From a virus: DNA of 64,000 nt. The stretch lies in IMG/VR virus record IMGVR_UViG_3300008265_000001; one strand, 5' to 3'. The notes beneath the pieces are model-generated. The model saw only the letters and a list, made by a program, of their open reading frames with translations. It had not been told where the DNA came from and ran no database searches. Positions 1 through 10,224 of this stretch are shown here, piece after piece; position 1 is the stretch's first letter; every line of letters starts with the position of its first letter. A program made the position numbers and the translations under genes.

Positions 1-78
1 TGGGATGAAGATGATGACGACGAGGACGAGCCTGTTGTTAAGCCCGACCCCGTTCCCGAAGATAATCGTAAATATTAA
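1..78 (+). CDS. 3' end of a gene starting upstream of the window (acidic tail ...DEDDDDEDEPVVKPDPVPEDNRKY*)
   Basis: Frame +1 is open from base 1 to TAA at 76-78 and converges on the next gene. Confidence 0.3.
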   Translation, partial: WDEDDDDEDEPVVKPDPVPEDNRKY

Positions 79-770
79 GTTGCAGTTCTAGCTTCTGGGA
101 TTAGTTCTCCAGCTAAAAACTGCATCAAGCGATTCCCTGCATCCTTGGTTAGATTCACAGCTTTCCAAGGTTTTGTGGGGATTTCACCTGATAGTCTCAG
201 TCTCTCGAAGTTTTCCAAAATAGTTACGACACTGACTTCATCTTTGGTCAGCCCTGCCTTGCGAGTCTCCACACCGATAAGTTGGTTGTTGTGCTTGTTC
301 ACGGTTGCGAAGTGTATATCCTCGCATTTGTGTTTCCGCAATTCATTCATCAGGTCATGGTAGCCTTCAAGTTGCTTTTGTCGAGCAGCAGACTTAGTGT
401 TGTGCCTTTTTAGCCCTTCAAGGTCATCGGTGCGCTCTACGATGGAATCTGCCAAACTAATATCAGCTTCGATGTAGGCAACAAATACTTCCTTCACAAA
501 GACTTCAAAATCTGGACTCAACCATTCTGCAAGTTTGATTGCAATAAGTGGATGAATCCATGTACCACCACCTCGTCCTTGCTTAGTTTGAATAACCTCG
601 ACTAAATCGAGGCTTAAATTCTTGCAACAAGCTTTGACAAAAATAGTAGTACTGTCTAAATCCTTAAACCTCCACCACTCCTTACCCTTACCGAATTGTT
701 TGCACCATTTCGTAGCGTTAACGTAATTGTCATTTTCGCGCTTAGCGCTACTTACTAATTCATCAAACAT
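75..770 (-). CDS. KilA-N domain DNA-binding protein
   Basis: 231 aa. The N-terminal pattern YVNATKWCKQFGK..W..F...GTWIHPLIAIKLAEWLSPDF is typical of KilA-N. Confidence 0.65.
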   Translation of the reverse strand: MFDELVSSAKRENDNYVNATKWCKQFGKGKEWWRFKDLDSTTIFVKACCKNLSLDLVEVIQTKQGRGGGTWIHPLIAIKLAEWLSPDFEVFVKEVFVAYIEADISLADSIVERTDDLEGLKRHNTKSAARQKQLEGYHDLMNELRKHKCEDIHFATVNKHNNQLIGVETRKAGLTKDEVSVVTILENFERLRLSGEIPTKPWKAVNLTKDAGNRLMQFLAGELIPEARTAT

Positions 771-821
771 TTGTTTTGCTGTTTACAACAACTTCATTGA
801 AGCATCTATAATTTTATAAAA

Positions 822-830
822 CATCTATCT
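822..830 (-). promoter_or_regulatory. class-1 promoter-like motif (minus: AGATAGATG)
   Basis: One of 8 copies of YTTRRGRTAGAKRC. It ends 51 nt upstream of the ATG at 770 and is followed by a CA-rich leader. Confidence 0.4.
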
Positions 831-897
831 GAAGACATATACTAGAAAACCCAACATTGCTGCTGGGTCGTAGAAGGTTATTATCGGATACAGTCAG

Positions 898-1602
898 TTA
901 AAGTTGCCCTTGCTGACGTAAATCATGCTCAGCAAGCAAATACCTTTTGCAAAGACCGCTTCTCACGATGTCTTCGATTTTAAAGTCTACACGTTGAAAG
1001 TCTTCTGGCATATTTGCTAACACCTTGAGGAAAGTAAGTACCCCAGACTTCTCATCTTCAAAACGAAAATCACTCTGGCGGTAATCTCCTGCGAAAATTA
1101 TACGAGAATTTTCTCCGATTCTCGTGATTACGCTGTCTAATTCGTGAAAATTTAAGTTTTGAAACTCATCGACAATGACTACGGAGTTTGAAATGGTAAG
1201 ACCCCTCACGAAAGAAGTGCTTTTGAACTCTAATGTTTTCTCTTTCTTCAGTGCATCATAAGGATTGGAGATTGTAGGTAACAATTCTGAAAATATTGCG
1301 CGATAGCAGTCCTCGAACGGGGCTTGCTTCTCAGACAAATCTCCTTTCAAGAAGCCTTGGTTACGAGTTGGGACTGTTGAACGGAAAATAACTACTCTCT
1401 CGTACTTTTTCAGTAGTAGCGACTTGAGAGCAAGATACAGCGCTAGGAAGGATTTTCCTGTTCCTGCATTCCCGCTTAGTACAAGGTTATAGTTCTCCGA
1501 CCAGTAATCTACAGCGAGTTGCTGGTTCTCTGTCTTCGGCTTTACTGTAAGAAGCTTATCTGTGGAAAATAGTGCGGTGGATTGGTTTCTTTGTTTAGCC
1601 AA
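898..1602 (-). CDS. phoH: PhoH-like ATPase
   Basis: Walker A GNAGTGKS and Walker B VIVDEFQN. Size and layout fit the PhoH family. Confidence 0.85.
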   Translation of the reverse strand: MAKQRNQSTALFSTDKLLTVKPKTENQQLAVDYWSENYNLVLSGNAGTGKSFLALYLALKSLLLKKYERVVIFRSTVPTRNQGFLKGDLSEKQAPFEDCYRAIFSELLPTISNPYDALKKEKTLEFKSTSFVRGLTISNSVVIVDEFQNLNFHELDSVITRIGENSRIIFAGDYRQSDFRFEDEKSGVLTFLKVLANMPEDFQRVDFKIEDIVRSGLCKRYLLAEHDLRQQGQL

Positions 1603-1631
1603 AATCTTTGCCTATGAGTTAGTTTTAATGA

Positions 1632-1862
1632 TTATACATTAAACAAACTACTCCAAGCAGCGTCTTCACTCGTAAACCAATCAAGACAAAGTATGCGAGT
1701 CTTTTTGCTCACAATGCACCATCTAGTCTCCATAAAGTCACCAATCATCTTACAGCCTTGTACCACATCGAATTTGGAGCGAATTTCAGCTTCTCGGTCA
1801 TTAAGGGCTTTTGCAATCTTTTCGAGTCGTTCAATATCGAATTTACTCAGCTTCATAGTCAT
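1632..1862 (-). CDS. hypothetical protein
   Basis: Track ORF 1632-1940 trimmed to the ATG at 1862 (MTMKLSKF) to remove overlap with the upstream gene. Confidence 0.5.
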   Translation of the reverse strand: MTMKLSKFDIERLEKIAKALNDREAEIRSKFDVVQGCKMIGDFMETRWCIVSKKTRILCLDWFTSEDAAWSSLFNV

Positions 1863-2145
1863 CTTGATAAAAATGCCAGTGGCTAAGGTTAGTCCAAAAT
1901 TGCTCCAGTTCTTCCTCTCTAGTACCAAAGTACCGTTCATCGGAAGGTTTGAAAAAGATGTCTACCCAATCAAAAAATAAACAAACCATATAGCCTAGAC
2001 AAATTTGCGTGTCCCAGTACCACTCTACCCACCCCAGAAAGCTCTGAAGTTTTGGTTTGGTTGGATACACCATTTGGTCTTCTTCGGTAGCTTTTAAAGC
2101 ACGTTCAATGAGATTCATGTCACTCCATCCCCTTAAGTAACTCAT
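1843..2145 (-). CDS. hypothetical protein
   Basis: 100-aa ORF in a packed co-directional array. No motif recognised. Confidence 0.55.
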   Translation of the reverse strand: MSYLRGWSDMNLIERALKATEEDQMVYPTKPKLQSFLGWVEWYWDTQICLGYMVCLFFDWVDIFFKPSDERYFGTREEELEQFWTNLSHWHFYQDDYEAE

Positions 2146-2479
2146 AATATTTCTCTTCCCAGTATTGCTCTTTCTTTTCTGCTAAAGCTTGCAACTCAGC
2201 AGGTGATTTACCACTCTTTTTCTGCACAGTCACAAGGATAGTTTCGTGCGTTTCTAGGTGGTCTAGGCTGAACTCGATGTAGTTAGGCGCTTCCATCTCG
2301 TCAAGTAGCTCATGGAATGCTTCAGCCACGATAGGAACGATTTTTGACTTTAGTTTTAGGTCGATACTGTTGTCCTTGATTTGCATACTTTCGAGTGAGA
2401 TTTCGCCACAAATAGCTTGGCGAAGTTGGTCTTCCAGTTGTCTCACGTAGGGGAACAGTCTAAGAAAATGTCTAATCAT
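2120..2479 (-). CDS. hypothetical protein
   Basis: 119-aa ORF in a packed array. Confidence 0.6.
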   Translation of the reverse strand: MIRHFLRLFPYVRQLEDQLRQAICGEISLESMQIKDNSIDLKLKSKIVPIVAEAFHELLDEMEAPNYIEFSLDHLETHETILVTVQKKSGKSPAELQALAEKKEQYWEEKYYELLKGME

Positions 2480-2757
2480 ATTAACTCCATAGCTTTGTAA
2501 ACTTCTTGTGGAATATTTTCAGGCTGCAACCAACCTAAATTAAGGCAAACTCCGTAGTTATACCAATCACGACCGCAAAACTTTTCAAGATAGTACCAAC
2601 AACGTTTTACTGGTATGAAATCTTGTGCGTTCAGTATTTCTCGAACGCTGTAGTGAGGACAACTCTCTTTGATTGACATGATGAGTTTCAGTAAAATCAA
2701 CTCATCGTACTGATACCCCATTACCCTTGTTCGACAACAGTTTTTAGGTTTTCGCAT
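2476..2757 (-). CDS. hypothetical protein
   Basis: 93-aa ORF with a 4-nt overlap with its neighbour. Confidence 0.6.
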   Translation of the reverse strand: MRKPKNCCRTRVMGYQYDELILLKLIMSIKESCPHYSVREILNAQDFIPVKRCWYYLEKFCGRDWYNYGVCLNLGWLQPENIPQEVYKAMELI

Positions 2758-2978
2758 CAGATTGCCGCAAGTGCCTTAAGGAGTTCAGCGCGTTCAGTAG
2801 TTATATAAGTTCCACCCTCTTTAGGTAATTTAAATTCAGTATCAGCAACATCGTAATGCTTAGGTGTGACATCATAAATCCTAAATCTACCTTGCTCAGT
2901 AGTTGGGTGAATAGTGGAGATATGTTCAAGTACAATTACCGTACCGTTTCGTAATGTATATAAGTGTCTTGTGTTCAT
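2757..2978 (-). CDS. hypothetical protein
   Basis: 73-aa ORF with a 1-nt overlap with the downstream gene. Confidence 0.55.
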   Translation of the reverse strand: MNTRHLYTLRNGTVIVLEHISTIHPTTEQGRFRIYDVTPKHYDVADTEFKLPKEGGTYITTERAELLKALAAI

Positions 2979-3059
2979 GTGCTTCTCTCGTAATTAACTA
3001 TTTGATATTACTCACAACACTTATCCATGTCATCATCCCAATGGTAGAATAGTTACACC

Positions 3060-4832
3060 ATGAGCAGACCACCACGCAACGGCTATACGATAAACAGCGA
3101 TTTAGAGCTTTCGGCACTAGAGTCTTCATTATTACCTGAAAATACACCGCTAATCAACTTCGACCGCAAATGTTGGGGCGTTTACACGAACGTCGCCAGC
3201 AGCCTTAACGCATCATCTGGTTTCGAGTACATACCTCAGAACTCAATCGACGCATACACACTCACCTCAATCACCATTTCGACCGACACATACTCTCTTG
3301 ACCTCGCTGGCGCGACCCAATACATCAGTATCACCCTAGCAACCAACACGACCCTCACAATTCTCAATGCTGGCAAGTACACCAAATACTTCATCGAGTT
3401 GGTTCCAAATGGTCACATAATCAAGAATTTCACTGAACTTTTCGCGCTACCTAAGCAATACAGCCAAGCAACACTTCTCACAGCATATTTCGGCAAGCAA
3501 GTACTTGAACTACAATACATTAACAAACTTTACGCAAATATCAACTACTCCGACAACATCACTCCTGCTGGCGCAGTCGGTGCGGCAGAAAAAATAAATT
3601 GGGTAGCTCCTGCATCTGAAATTTTATATCTGGCGTTCGCATCTTCGGTCACGACGTATACAGGAAGCGGCATATCAAGCGTAAGTGCCACTGTAGGAAC
3701 TCCGAGTATCAGCAAGTCGCGCCTCTTACTTGGCTCCACTGGGCGGCTCGAAGCAACTAAGACCAGCGCACTAGATTTTGACGAAACTGATTTCACCATC
3801 TCCTTCTTTTCTGCCAAGACGAGCGTAGGCGAGTACGGTTGTATTCTAGGCAGCCACAAAGCGAGTAGCATAGGCTTTTATGTGGGTGTAGCGGCTGATA
3901 GCACCTTGTTTGCTGTCTTTGGTAGTAACGTACTTTCTTGTGCCTTACCAGACGATATCAAGGAGCATAGCGTCATCATTAATCGAATTGGGCGAGTCTA
4001 CAAAATATTTATAGATGGTATACTGAGCGCTCACCTCAAAGCAGCTAACAATTTCAACAACAACTCAACCGAGCCATTATGTATCGGCACTTTGAAGACT
4101 GCTACTGGAACACCCTCATGGACTTCACAAAGTTGGCAAGGATATCTGCGCCAGCTCACTATCAATACAGCAGCTAGCATTCCTTTTTCTGCCAATGATG
4201 TTCCACCAAAAGATACGTTAACTTCAACAACAGTCTTGCTGCTCAAATATAACGTCAATCACCTCGATTTTGCCCAGTACAGCCTCACAAGAAGTTTTAC
4301 GTCGAATGTTACGGTTCAACCACTCATTTCGTCAGGGAGGCTCAATAAGTACTCGCATATCGGCTATACAAACAGTAACTTGGAGATAACTGGCAATGTG
4401 ACGCTTGAAGCCAAGATATTCAATCCTATTGGCAACACTCGCGGAGCTATTATCGATGTTGAAGGTGGTTTTACGTGGGGCATCTATGACCTCAAGCTCA
4501 GAATCGTCTTTGGCAGCTTCACTTTGGATGGTGTGACTGATATTCCAGATAGTACAGTAGTTGATGTGTCTTTTGTAAAATCTGGTACAACTTGTTCGCT
4601 ATTCTTGAATGGAGTTCTTGAATCTACCAATACAACAAGCGAAGTGATGAATGCAAGCTCGTCAAGCTCGGAGTTCAGCATCAAACGTACTTTCACTCAA
4701 GATAGTGCGATAGCAAGTCTCAATACTTCATTGTTCCGCAGTAGGAGTTGGATTGAGATTGCACAGTTACGAGTCACCAAATCTGCGCGATACACTGGTG
4801 ACTATATTCCTGATGTTTTTTATGGTTCGTAA
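3060..4832 (+). CDS. structural/receptor-binding-type protein with two LamG (concanavalin-like) beta-sandwich-like segments
   Basis: 590 aa, Ser/Thr/Asn-rich. Segments DFDETDFTISFF...IINRIGRVYKIFIDGIL and VTLEAKIF...VSFVKSGTTCSLFLNGVL resemble LamG-fold repeats. Confidence 0.5.
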   Translation: MSRPPRNGYTINSDLELSALESSLLPENTPLINFDRKCWGVYTNVASSLNASSGFEYIPQNSIDAYTLTSITISTDTYSLDLAGATQYISITLATNTTLTILNAGKYTKYFIELVPNGHIIKNFTELFALPKQYSQATLLTAYFGKQVLELQYINKLYANINYSDNITPAGAVGAAEKINWVAPASEILYLAFASSVTTYTGSGISSVSATVGTPSISKSRLLLGSTGRLEATKTSALDFDETDFTISFFSAKTSVGEYGCILGSHKASSIGFYVGVAADSTLFAVFGSNVLSCALPDDIKEHSVIINRIGRVYKIFIDGILSAHLKAANNFNNNSTEPLCIGTLKTATGTPSWTSQSWQGYLRQLTINTAASIPFSANDVPPKDTLTSTTVLLLKYNVNHLDFAQYSLTRSFTSNVTVQPLISSGRLNKYSHIGYTNSNLEITGNVTLEAKIFNPIGNTRGAIIDVEGGFTWGIYDLKLRIVFGSFTLDGVTDIPDSTVVDVSFVKSGTTCSLFLNGVLESTNTTSEVMNASSSSSEFSIKRTFTQDSAIASLNTSLFRSRSWIEIAQLRVTKSARYTGDYIPDVFYGS

Positions 4833-5341
4833 GAATCGTCTACTAGTGAGTCTAGACATATTTCGTTATTTTTAAGCCACGCTTCAGTTTCAAGCACTTT
4901 AGTATAAAGACCTCGCATTTCGGGGGATTCTCTGTACCACGCATAGTAGTTGTCTTCTGCATTCCTTTTCCACGACATTTCATGGTCAGACTTCGCTGTT
5001 AGTTCTGCATAAATTGATTGGCTAGGTGTGGGTGGTTTTTCTCCAGAATCTTTTGCCACTTTCGCTAGTTTTCTGAAATTTCTAATTTCTTCAGATTCTT
5101 GTAGTGGGGCAAATTTATAAATCCCCATCTTAGATGCCAATTCAGGACTAATTAATCTAGGGGAGAGTCCTGATACAGCGTCATAGTCCCACCTTTCCGT
5201 GTTGATGTATACCCAACCTTCAGCCTCCATCTTAGTGACATATAAGGATGTGACTAGTTGTTTCTGTAGCCTTGCGTTCTCTACAGCTTCATCTAGCAAA
5301 GCTATTTGAGATTGATACCAGTCTAAGTCAATTTTTTCCAT
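4820..5341 (-). CDS. hypothetical protein
   Basis: Track ORF 4820-5371. The ATG at 5341 (MEKIDLDW) avoids overlap with the divergent gene at 5359. Confidence 0.55.
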   Translation of the reverse strand: MEKIDLDWYQSQIALLDEAVENARLQKQLVTSLYVTKMEAEGWVYINTERWDYDAVSGLSPRLISPELASKMGIYKFAPLQESEEIRNFRKLAKVAKDSGEKPPTPSQSIYAELTAKSDHEMSWKRNAEDNYYAWYRESPEMRGLYTKVLETEAWLKNNEICLDSLVDDSYEP

Positions 5342-5358
5342 GATGTTAAAATAAATAA

Positions 5359-5868
5359 ATGGCTCATCCAATTACATTCAGTACGCTTACTGAAGTCCTC
5401 AATCTAGATGTCAGCTCAATTCCCCAAGGATTTGCGGTTGTCTGCATTGAATTGAAGTCTTGGCTAATATACGATGCCACAGCTTCAGATGCAACTGTCG
5501 CAGGGCAGATATTCGCGCCTACGGCTGGTGCTGGGCGATGGTTTAGGTCGAACAATACTGCAAACAAACTAGACACGATTACGAGCGTCACAACCACTAC
5601 GTCCACGACTGTAGCTGATTTTACGAGTGTCGAGCAGGTTCGAGTGGTCTTTACACAAAACAGCACCATTAATCTACAGACGGTGCTGAGAAATGGTGCT
5701 GGTAGCTTGTTGTTAGATAGGAATAGTGGGGCTTGGACTATTACGGGATTTGACTCGCGCTTTAGATTTGGGAGTCTTTCTAGTCCTGCTTTTACTAGTA
5801 ATTTCTTGATTGTAAATTTTATATGTATAAATAGTTTGATATATGTTACAGAATATAATTCCTATTAA
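5359..5868 (+). CDS. hypothetical protein (possibly virion-associated)
   Basis: 169-aa ORF, Thr/Ser-rich, next to the fibre-like gene. Confidence 0.5.
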   Translation: MAHPITFSTLTEVLNLDVSSIPQGFAVVCIELKSWLIYDATASDATVAGQIFAPTAGAGRWFRSNNTANKLDTITSVTTTTSTTVADFTSVEQVRVVFTQNSTINLQTVLRNGAGSLLLDRNSGAWTITGFDSRFRFGSLSSPAFTSNFLIVNFICINSLIYVTEYNSY

Positions 5869-5871
5869 CGC

Positions 5872-6768
5872 CTAATTTATTTTCCATTTAATACTTAATT
5901 TATTTTCCATATCAAGTCTCCATGCCAAAGCATCTGCCCTACTAAAGAATGTGGGTGAGTTGTAATGCTTTTTATTAACGACAATTCTCGCTCTAAACTT
6001 TCCATTCCCGATATCATATACACCTTTACCAGAATTATCTCTTGCATTTAGTTTTTTATTTCTTATTAGTGTTTCTAGTTCTTTAATACTTCCCTCCCCA
6101 AACTTGTACACTTTTTCTGCCTCTAACTGTATAGCCAAAGCTTCTTCTCTTGTGGAATATGTTCCACAGCAAATTGTATTTTTATTAAGGTATATTCTTA
6201 CTTGCCATCTACCATCATCAAGTAATTTAATTCCTTTATTTGTCTGGATATTTTTATTTTTTTCTTTTATCTCCGATAAATATTTATAACTATCTCCCTC
6301 GGAAAATGTGCTAAATTTAGAAATTAAATTCTCTTTTTCTTTCAGTGCTTCTTCTTTTGTACAAAATGAGCCTACTCTTGCGGTTATACCTTTAAACTTA
6401 AGTCTTAACCTCCATTTATCATTTCTTTTATCTATGTGGCAGTTTATGTAGTATGACTCTCTTTCTGAAGGTCTAAAAACACTTTTGCAAATATTGTAGC
6501 AAAAATCCCAATTCTCAATACTGTCCAGATAAGTTTGTTCCAAATCTAGTAGCTTTTCTCTAGTAGATTCTTCAACAACAGTAAAATCAAAAACCTTTTC
6601 TCCGTATTTATTCCAAGCTTTTTGTAAATATTTGTTATCATGTATACCCTTTCTTAAATGTAATTTATGAGAGTTCCACCTAGTCCTTATACAAACTGAG
6701 CTGCCAACATAATACTTATTATTAGCAGTATTAGTAATAAAATAAATTCCTGATGTGTTCTTTTCCAT
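5872..6768 (-). CDS. GIY-YIG homing endonuclease with three AP2-like DNA-binding repeats
   Basis: GIYFITN...YYVGSS...R...H motif. There are three repeats of W(R/Q)(L/V/A)R...G(S/T)(F/Y)..(K/R)EEAL. Start set at the ATG at 6768. Confidence 0.8.
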   Translation of the reverse strand: MEKNTSGIYFITNTANNKYYVGSSVCIRTRWNSHKLHLRKGIHDNKYLQKAWNKYGEKVFDFTVVEESTREKLLDLEQTYLDSIENWDFCYNICKSVFRPSERESYYINCHIDKRNDKWRLRLKFKGITARVGSFCTKEEALKEKENLISKFSTFSEGDSYKYLSEIKEKNKNIQTNKGIKLLDDGRWQVRIYLNKNTICCGTYSTREEALAIQLEAEKVYKFGEGSIKELETLIRNKKLNARDNSGKGVYDIGNGKFRARIVVNKKHYNSPTFFSRADALAWRLDMENKLSIKWKIN

Positions 6769-6880
6769 AATCACTATTATAATTTTTTTTTTTTTCTTCG
6801 CTTTTTCAAGTAACTTTGCAATTATTGAGTTTACCTGTATCAACAATCTCATCTATGTGAAATCAGTTACGAGCTACTAG

Positions 6881-8017
6881 TTACTTTTTGCTGTCATATT
6901 CTGGGTTCATGACCTTGACCGACAAATCGTTTGAGTAAAGTGTACGAACTACAATACCTTCAATGACTCGACCAGCCTCTTTCTCTCTTTTAAAAACATC
7001 AGAAGCAAATGAAATAAGTTCATCGTAATTTCTAGGATGTAATTGAAAGAAAAGTCTTGCTGGAGTGTATTGGAGTTTTAGCTCATGACAAATAATTTCG
7101 AGATTGTGAGGTTGTCCATAATGGATTCGAGTTGCAAAACCGCTCGCCAAATCATCAACACCGAAAAGAATTAGTCCTTGCTTCAACTGAGCATGAGGAT
7201 TCAGCTTGTTACCACTTCCTTTCAAACCCTGACCATAGATTTCACCACGAAAAGCGAGTTCGACGTTGTGCTTTTTGCAGTATTCCATACCACGTTCGTA
7301 CAGACCAGAAGACTTAGCCAACTTGACCCAACTATCAGCAGTGTCGTCAGTGATTTTCTTTTCCAGTGAACGAGAACAGATACCAGTGTACCAGTTACCT
7401 TCGACATCCTTCTTGAAATACTCGGTAAAAGAGCTTCCATCAACTTTGATAGTGTATGCAACTTCTGCCCCACTCGCAAGAACCCGATTAATGTGAGATT
7501 TGAGGTTAGCGCAGTTTTCTTCATCTGTGGAGTACAGAAAAGAAGGTAGTGTGCCTCTAGTTAGTCCTGTAGCGCCTTTCTCTGGCTCTTCATACTTAGT
7601 AATGCCCAATGCTGCTGCAAGGTCTTCAGCCGCCAACAATTCGCTTGGAAGCTCATTTGTGTTGAGTAAGATACCGACAGAGTAAATTGGGTCAGAACTG
7701 TTCTCGAAACTGAAATTGAACTTGAGCGCTCGAATGCGATTGTTTTTGCCAAGTCGAGATTTGTTAGGGTCGCCGTTAGGGGCTGTGAAACTTGCAAACA
7801 GAGGTGAGTCGGGCAAACAGTAGTCGGGCTGAATGTAGACTGCCTTGGAACCTACTTGGTAGATGCCCTTTTGCGAGACGACATTATAGCCGCACTCGTC
7901 TCCATTACTGAAGTTGAGGTTGACAACTTGAATGGACGACGCTTCTTCGCCATTTTTGTAGATAGGGATGATGCGGGAGATTGTTACGATTTCGACAGGG
8001 GCAATGGTGTTGGTCAT
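6881..8017 (-). CDS. ATP-dependent RNA ligase (nucleotidyltransferase domain preceded by a ~170-aa N-terminal domain)
   Basis: Motif I IKVDGSS, motif III FRGEIYG, motif IV LFGVDD, motif V EGIVVR...KVMNPEY. Confidence 0.7.
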   Translation of the reverse strand: MTNTIAPVEIVTISRIIPIYKNGEEASSIQVVNLNFSNGDECGYNVVSQKGIYQVGSKAVYIQPDYCLPDSPLFASFTAPNGDPNKSRLGKNNRIRALKFNFSFENSSDPIYSVGILLNTNELPSELLAAEDLAAALGITKYEEPEKGATGLTRGTLPSFLYSTDEENCANLKSHINRVLASGAEVAYTIKVDGSSFTEYFKKDVEGNWYTGICSRSLEKKITDDTADSWVKLAKSSGLYERGMEYCKKHNVELAFRGEIYGQGLKGSGNKLNPHAQLKQGLILFGVDDLASGFATRIHYGQPHNLEIICHELKLQYTPARLFFQLHPRNYDELISFASDVFKREKEAGRVIEGIVVRTLYSNDLSVKVMNPEYDSKK

Positions 8018-8256
8018 AGTTCTTTCACTAGGTTGATTGTGTCGGGAATTTTGGATTGTTTTTCGTTACGGAGCCATTGATTGATTGCAGTTTCGGCAGC
8101 TTCAACGCTTTCGTAATGAGTTATTACTGTAGAACCATCGTAAGCAATAATATCCCTTTCTGTCCTGTACCAAAAGAAACAGAATCGTTCTTTAATGAAG
8201 TAATAATCTTCAGAGACATTGTGGAAAATCTTGAATCGTGGTGGTAATTTAATCAT
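8014..8256 (-). CDS. hypothetical protein
   Basis: Track ORF trimmed to the ATG at 8256 (MIKLPPRF), leaving an 8-nt overlap with the upstream gene. Confidence 0.5.
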   Translation of the reverse strand: MIKLPPRFKIFHNVSEDYYFIKERFCFFWYRTERDIIAYDGSTVITHYESVEAAETAINQWLRNEKQSKIPDTINLVKEL

Positions 8257-8527
8257 CCATGTATTCCTCAAGTTGTTGATGTGCTTGCTGCAATGCCTCT
8301 CGACGGTCACTCCGCTTAGCTGCTCGTTTGTAGGGTAGGTCATTATATCTACTATCTACTCCCTGTTTGTCGCCCCAGTTAGAGCCTCCATAATTTCTGC
8401 TGACCCTGCGCCGTACTTTATTCCATCTAGCTGCGCGTGGGTGCGTGAAGGGACTGCCAAGAGACTTGATGAGTCGATGCAGAAAACGAAGAAAGAATAA
8501 ATCTCTGTGTTTGCGAGTCCGTGACAT
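8249..8527 (-). CDS. small highly basic protein
   Basis: 92 aa, Arg/Lys-rich (RTRKHR, RRRVSR, KRAAKRSDRR). Confidence 0.55.
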   Translation of the reverse strand: MSRTRKHRDLFFLRFLHRLIKSLGSPFTHPRAARWNKVRRRVSRNYGGSNWGDKQGVDSRYNDLPYKRAAKRSDRREALQQAHQQLEEYMDD

Positions 8528-8582
8528 TTTGTTGCTCCTGAATAACTAATGAAAGTATGGCAGAAAGGAAGTATTAAAGCGT

Positions 8583-9059
8583 CTACTCGTAGAGGTAGAT
8601 TTGGTGGTCGGGCATACAATCAGCAAACTGTTCAATCAAAGGTCGCACATCTTCCCAATCAAGACCACCCAGACCGCAGCCAAGCTTAGGTATGTGAATG
8701 TTGTGAGTTTGTCTTCTCCACTCTAGGTAATCTAAATTAGGACTTGCAGCTAGTTCTAATAATCCTGACTTAATCCAGTGTAAATGAGAAGGGTCTTTCC
8801 AGTGCTTTTTAGTTGGGAAAAGTACGATACTTAAACAAGAGTCATCAAAAGATATAAATTCAGGAAAACCTACTCGAAGATAATGTTTTTCGCAGAGATT
8901 CTTATATTGCCAAACTAAATTTGGGTACTTGTTTTTGAAGTCGAGCGCTAAGCCCTTACCCATGACTCCGACCGTGTTCACAGGAATGAAGATGGAGTTC
9001 TCAGGCTTAGTCAGGTCAACATCGAGAATGTCAGAGCCTTTTGGCATTGATTTAAGCAT
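8583..9059 (-). CDS. macro domain protein (ADP-ribose / Appr-1''-p binding-processing fold)
   Basis: IFIPVNTVGVMGKGLALDFK ... IPKLGCGLGGLDWEDV matches the macrodomain signature. Confidence 0.65.
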   Translation of the reverse strand: MLKSMPKGSDILDVDLTKPENSIFIPVNTVGVMGKGLALDFKNKYPNLVWQYKNLCEKHYLRVGFPEFISFDDSCLSIVLFPTKKHWKDPSHLHWIKSGLLELAASPNLDYLEWRRQTHNIHIPKLGCGLGGLDWEDVRPLIEQFADCMPDHQIYLYE

Positions 9060-9333
9060 CTTTAATCTCCAATAATGAATCTATATTGCTTTCAACAAGG
9101 AATTGTATAGCTTCCTTCATGTCGTAAGAAGCATTATCAGCTAGTTTAAAGTAGAATCTAGCATTGTCGTATTTGATTTTAATCTGGCTGTACTGAAACC
9201 CTTCAAGTTTAGTTAGATGGCTTTCAAACAAATCATCGAGAAATTCTGCGACAGAAGCCTCGTTTATATCTAATCCATAATGCCCTTGCTCTAAATATTG
9301 TGCATATTTTGTGTTGAAGTCTTTGTCAAGCAT
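9052..9333 (-). CDS. hypothetical protein
   Basis: 93-aa ORF overlapping both neighbours by 8 nt. Confidence 0.6.
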   Translation of the reverse strand: MLDKDFNTKYAQYLEQGHYGLDINEASVAEFLDDLFESHLTKLEGFQYSQIKIKYDNARFYFKLADNASYDMKEAIQFLVESNIDSLLEIKDA

Positions 9334-10000
9334 CTTGGCGACTCCCGAAAACTCTTTCTATACGTTCATCCATTTCAGCTACAACTTTCTTCAAATTATC
9401 TGTGTTGATTTGAGGGTTAGTGATTTTTCTGGTAGTTTCAGCAAAATTCCCTTGTTTCGGAGGTGAGTCAGGACTGACATCATCGGCAACTTCTTTTTCT
9501 ACATCTGAGGCGTAGCCGAACATAGACTCACCAAGAGATTCTCTCATTTTATTGAGGTGTTTCGATGCTGCATTTTCTATTTTCTCAACTGCAATCGCAA
9601 TTTTTTCTAGGGCGGTTTTTTCTGAAGCTTGGTACTCAAAGTCATTGGGGTGAAACTCTTCGTAACGAATTTCGGGGTACTGTGTCACTGCTTTACCATT
9701 AAAGAACAATGTGCGATATTGACCGCCATATTCACCATCACTGACAGATAAACAGAAACAAGTGTCAGGAAAAGCAGTGAATGCTGGAGCAAGGTCTTCA
9801 ACCACGTTTCGCCAAGTGTAAGGCTCTTCAGTAGTTAAAAAGTTTGTCCCTAACTCTAAATCTTCAATATCTTCAAGAGTGAAGTCGTCTGCGGAAATTT
9901 CCTTTTCAATCTTTTTCGTAACAGCAAGTGCAATCTCTTGTAAGGGCTTCTCAGAGTAGTCTTCGAGAATTGAAATGCTGTAGCGGCGAGGGTCTGACAT
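9326..10000 (-). CDS. acidic hypothetical protein
   Basis: The track start at 10015 is TTG. An ATG at 10000 (MSDPRRY) sits 1 nt after the stop of the upstream small ORF. Confidence 0.6.
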   Translation of the reverse strand: MSDPRRYSISILEDYSEKPLQEIALAVTKKIEKEISADDFTLEDIEDLELGTNFLTTEEPYTWRNVVEDLAPAFTAFPDTCFCLSVSDGEYGGQYRTLFFNGKAVTQYPEIRYEEFHPNDFEYQASEKTALEKIAIAVEKIENAASKHLNKMRESLGESMFGYASDVEKEVADDVSPDSPPKQGNFAETTRKITNPQINTDNLKKVVAEMDERIERVFGSRQDA

Positions 10001-10001
10001 A

Positions 10002-10121
10002 TTATTGAAGCTCAATTAAAGTGCGAACAAATAAAAGTGTAATCTGAAGTGCCAACGTTGTCAACACTATAACGAAAAGATACTCCAACATTAGTTTGTA
10101 GAGTTGGTCGAAATCAAACAT
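10002..10121 (-). CDS. small hydrophobic protein (39 aa)
   Basis: MFDFDQLYKLMLEYLFVIVLTTLALQITLLFVRTLIELQ. Its stop abuts the next ATG. Below the track cutoff. Confidence 0.4.
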   Translation of the reverse strand: MFDFDQLYKLMLEYLFVIVLTTLALQITLLFVRTLIELQ

Positions 10122-10224
10122 GGCTATACCTCTAGATATGAAAAAGGGGCAACGCATCGCCCCTCATTAAGTTCATTGCTTCAGCCTTTCAATAAAGATA
10201 GGGAGAATCAGTTCGCGCAATTCT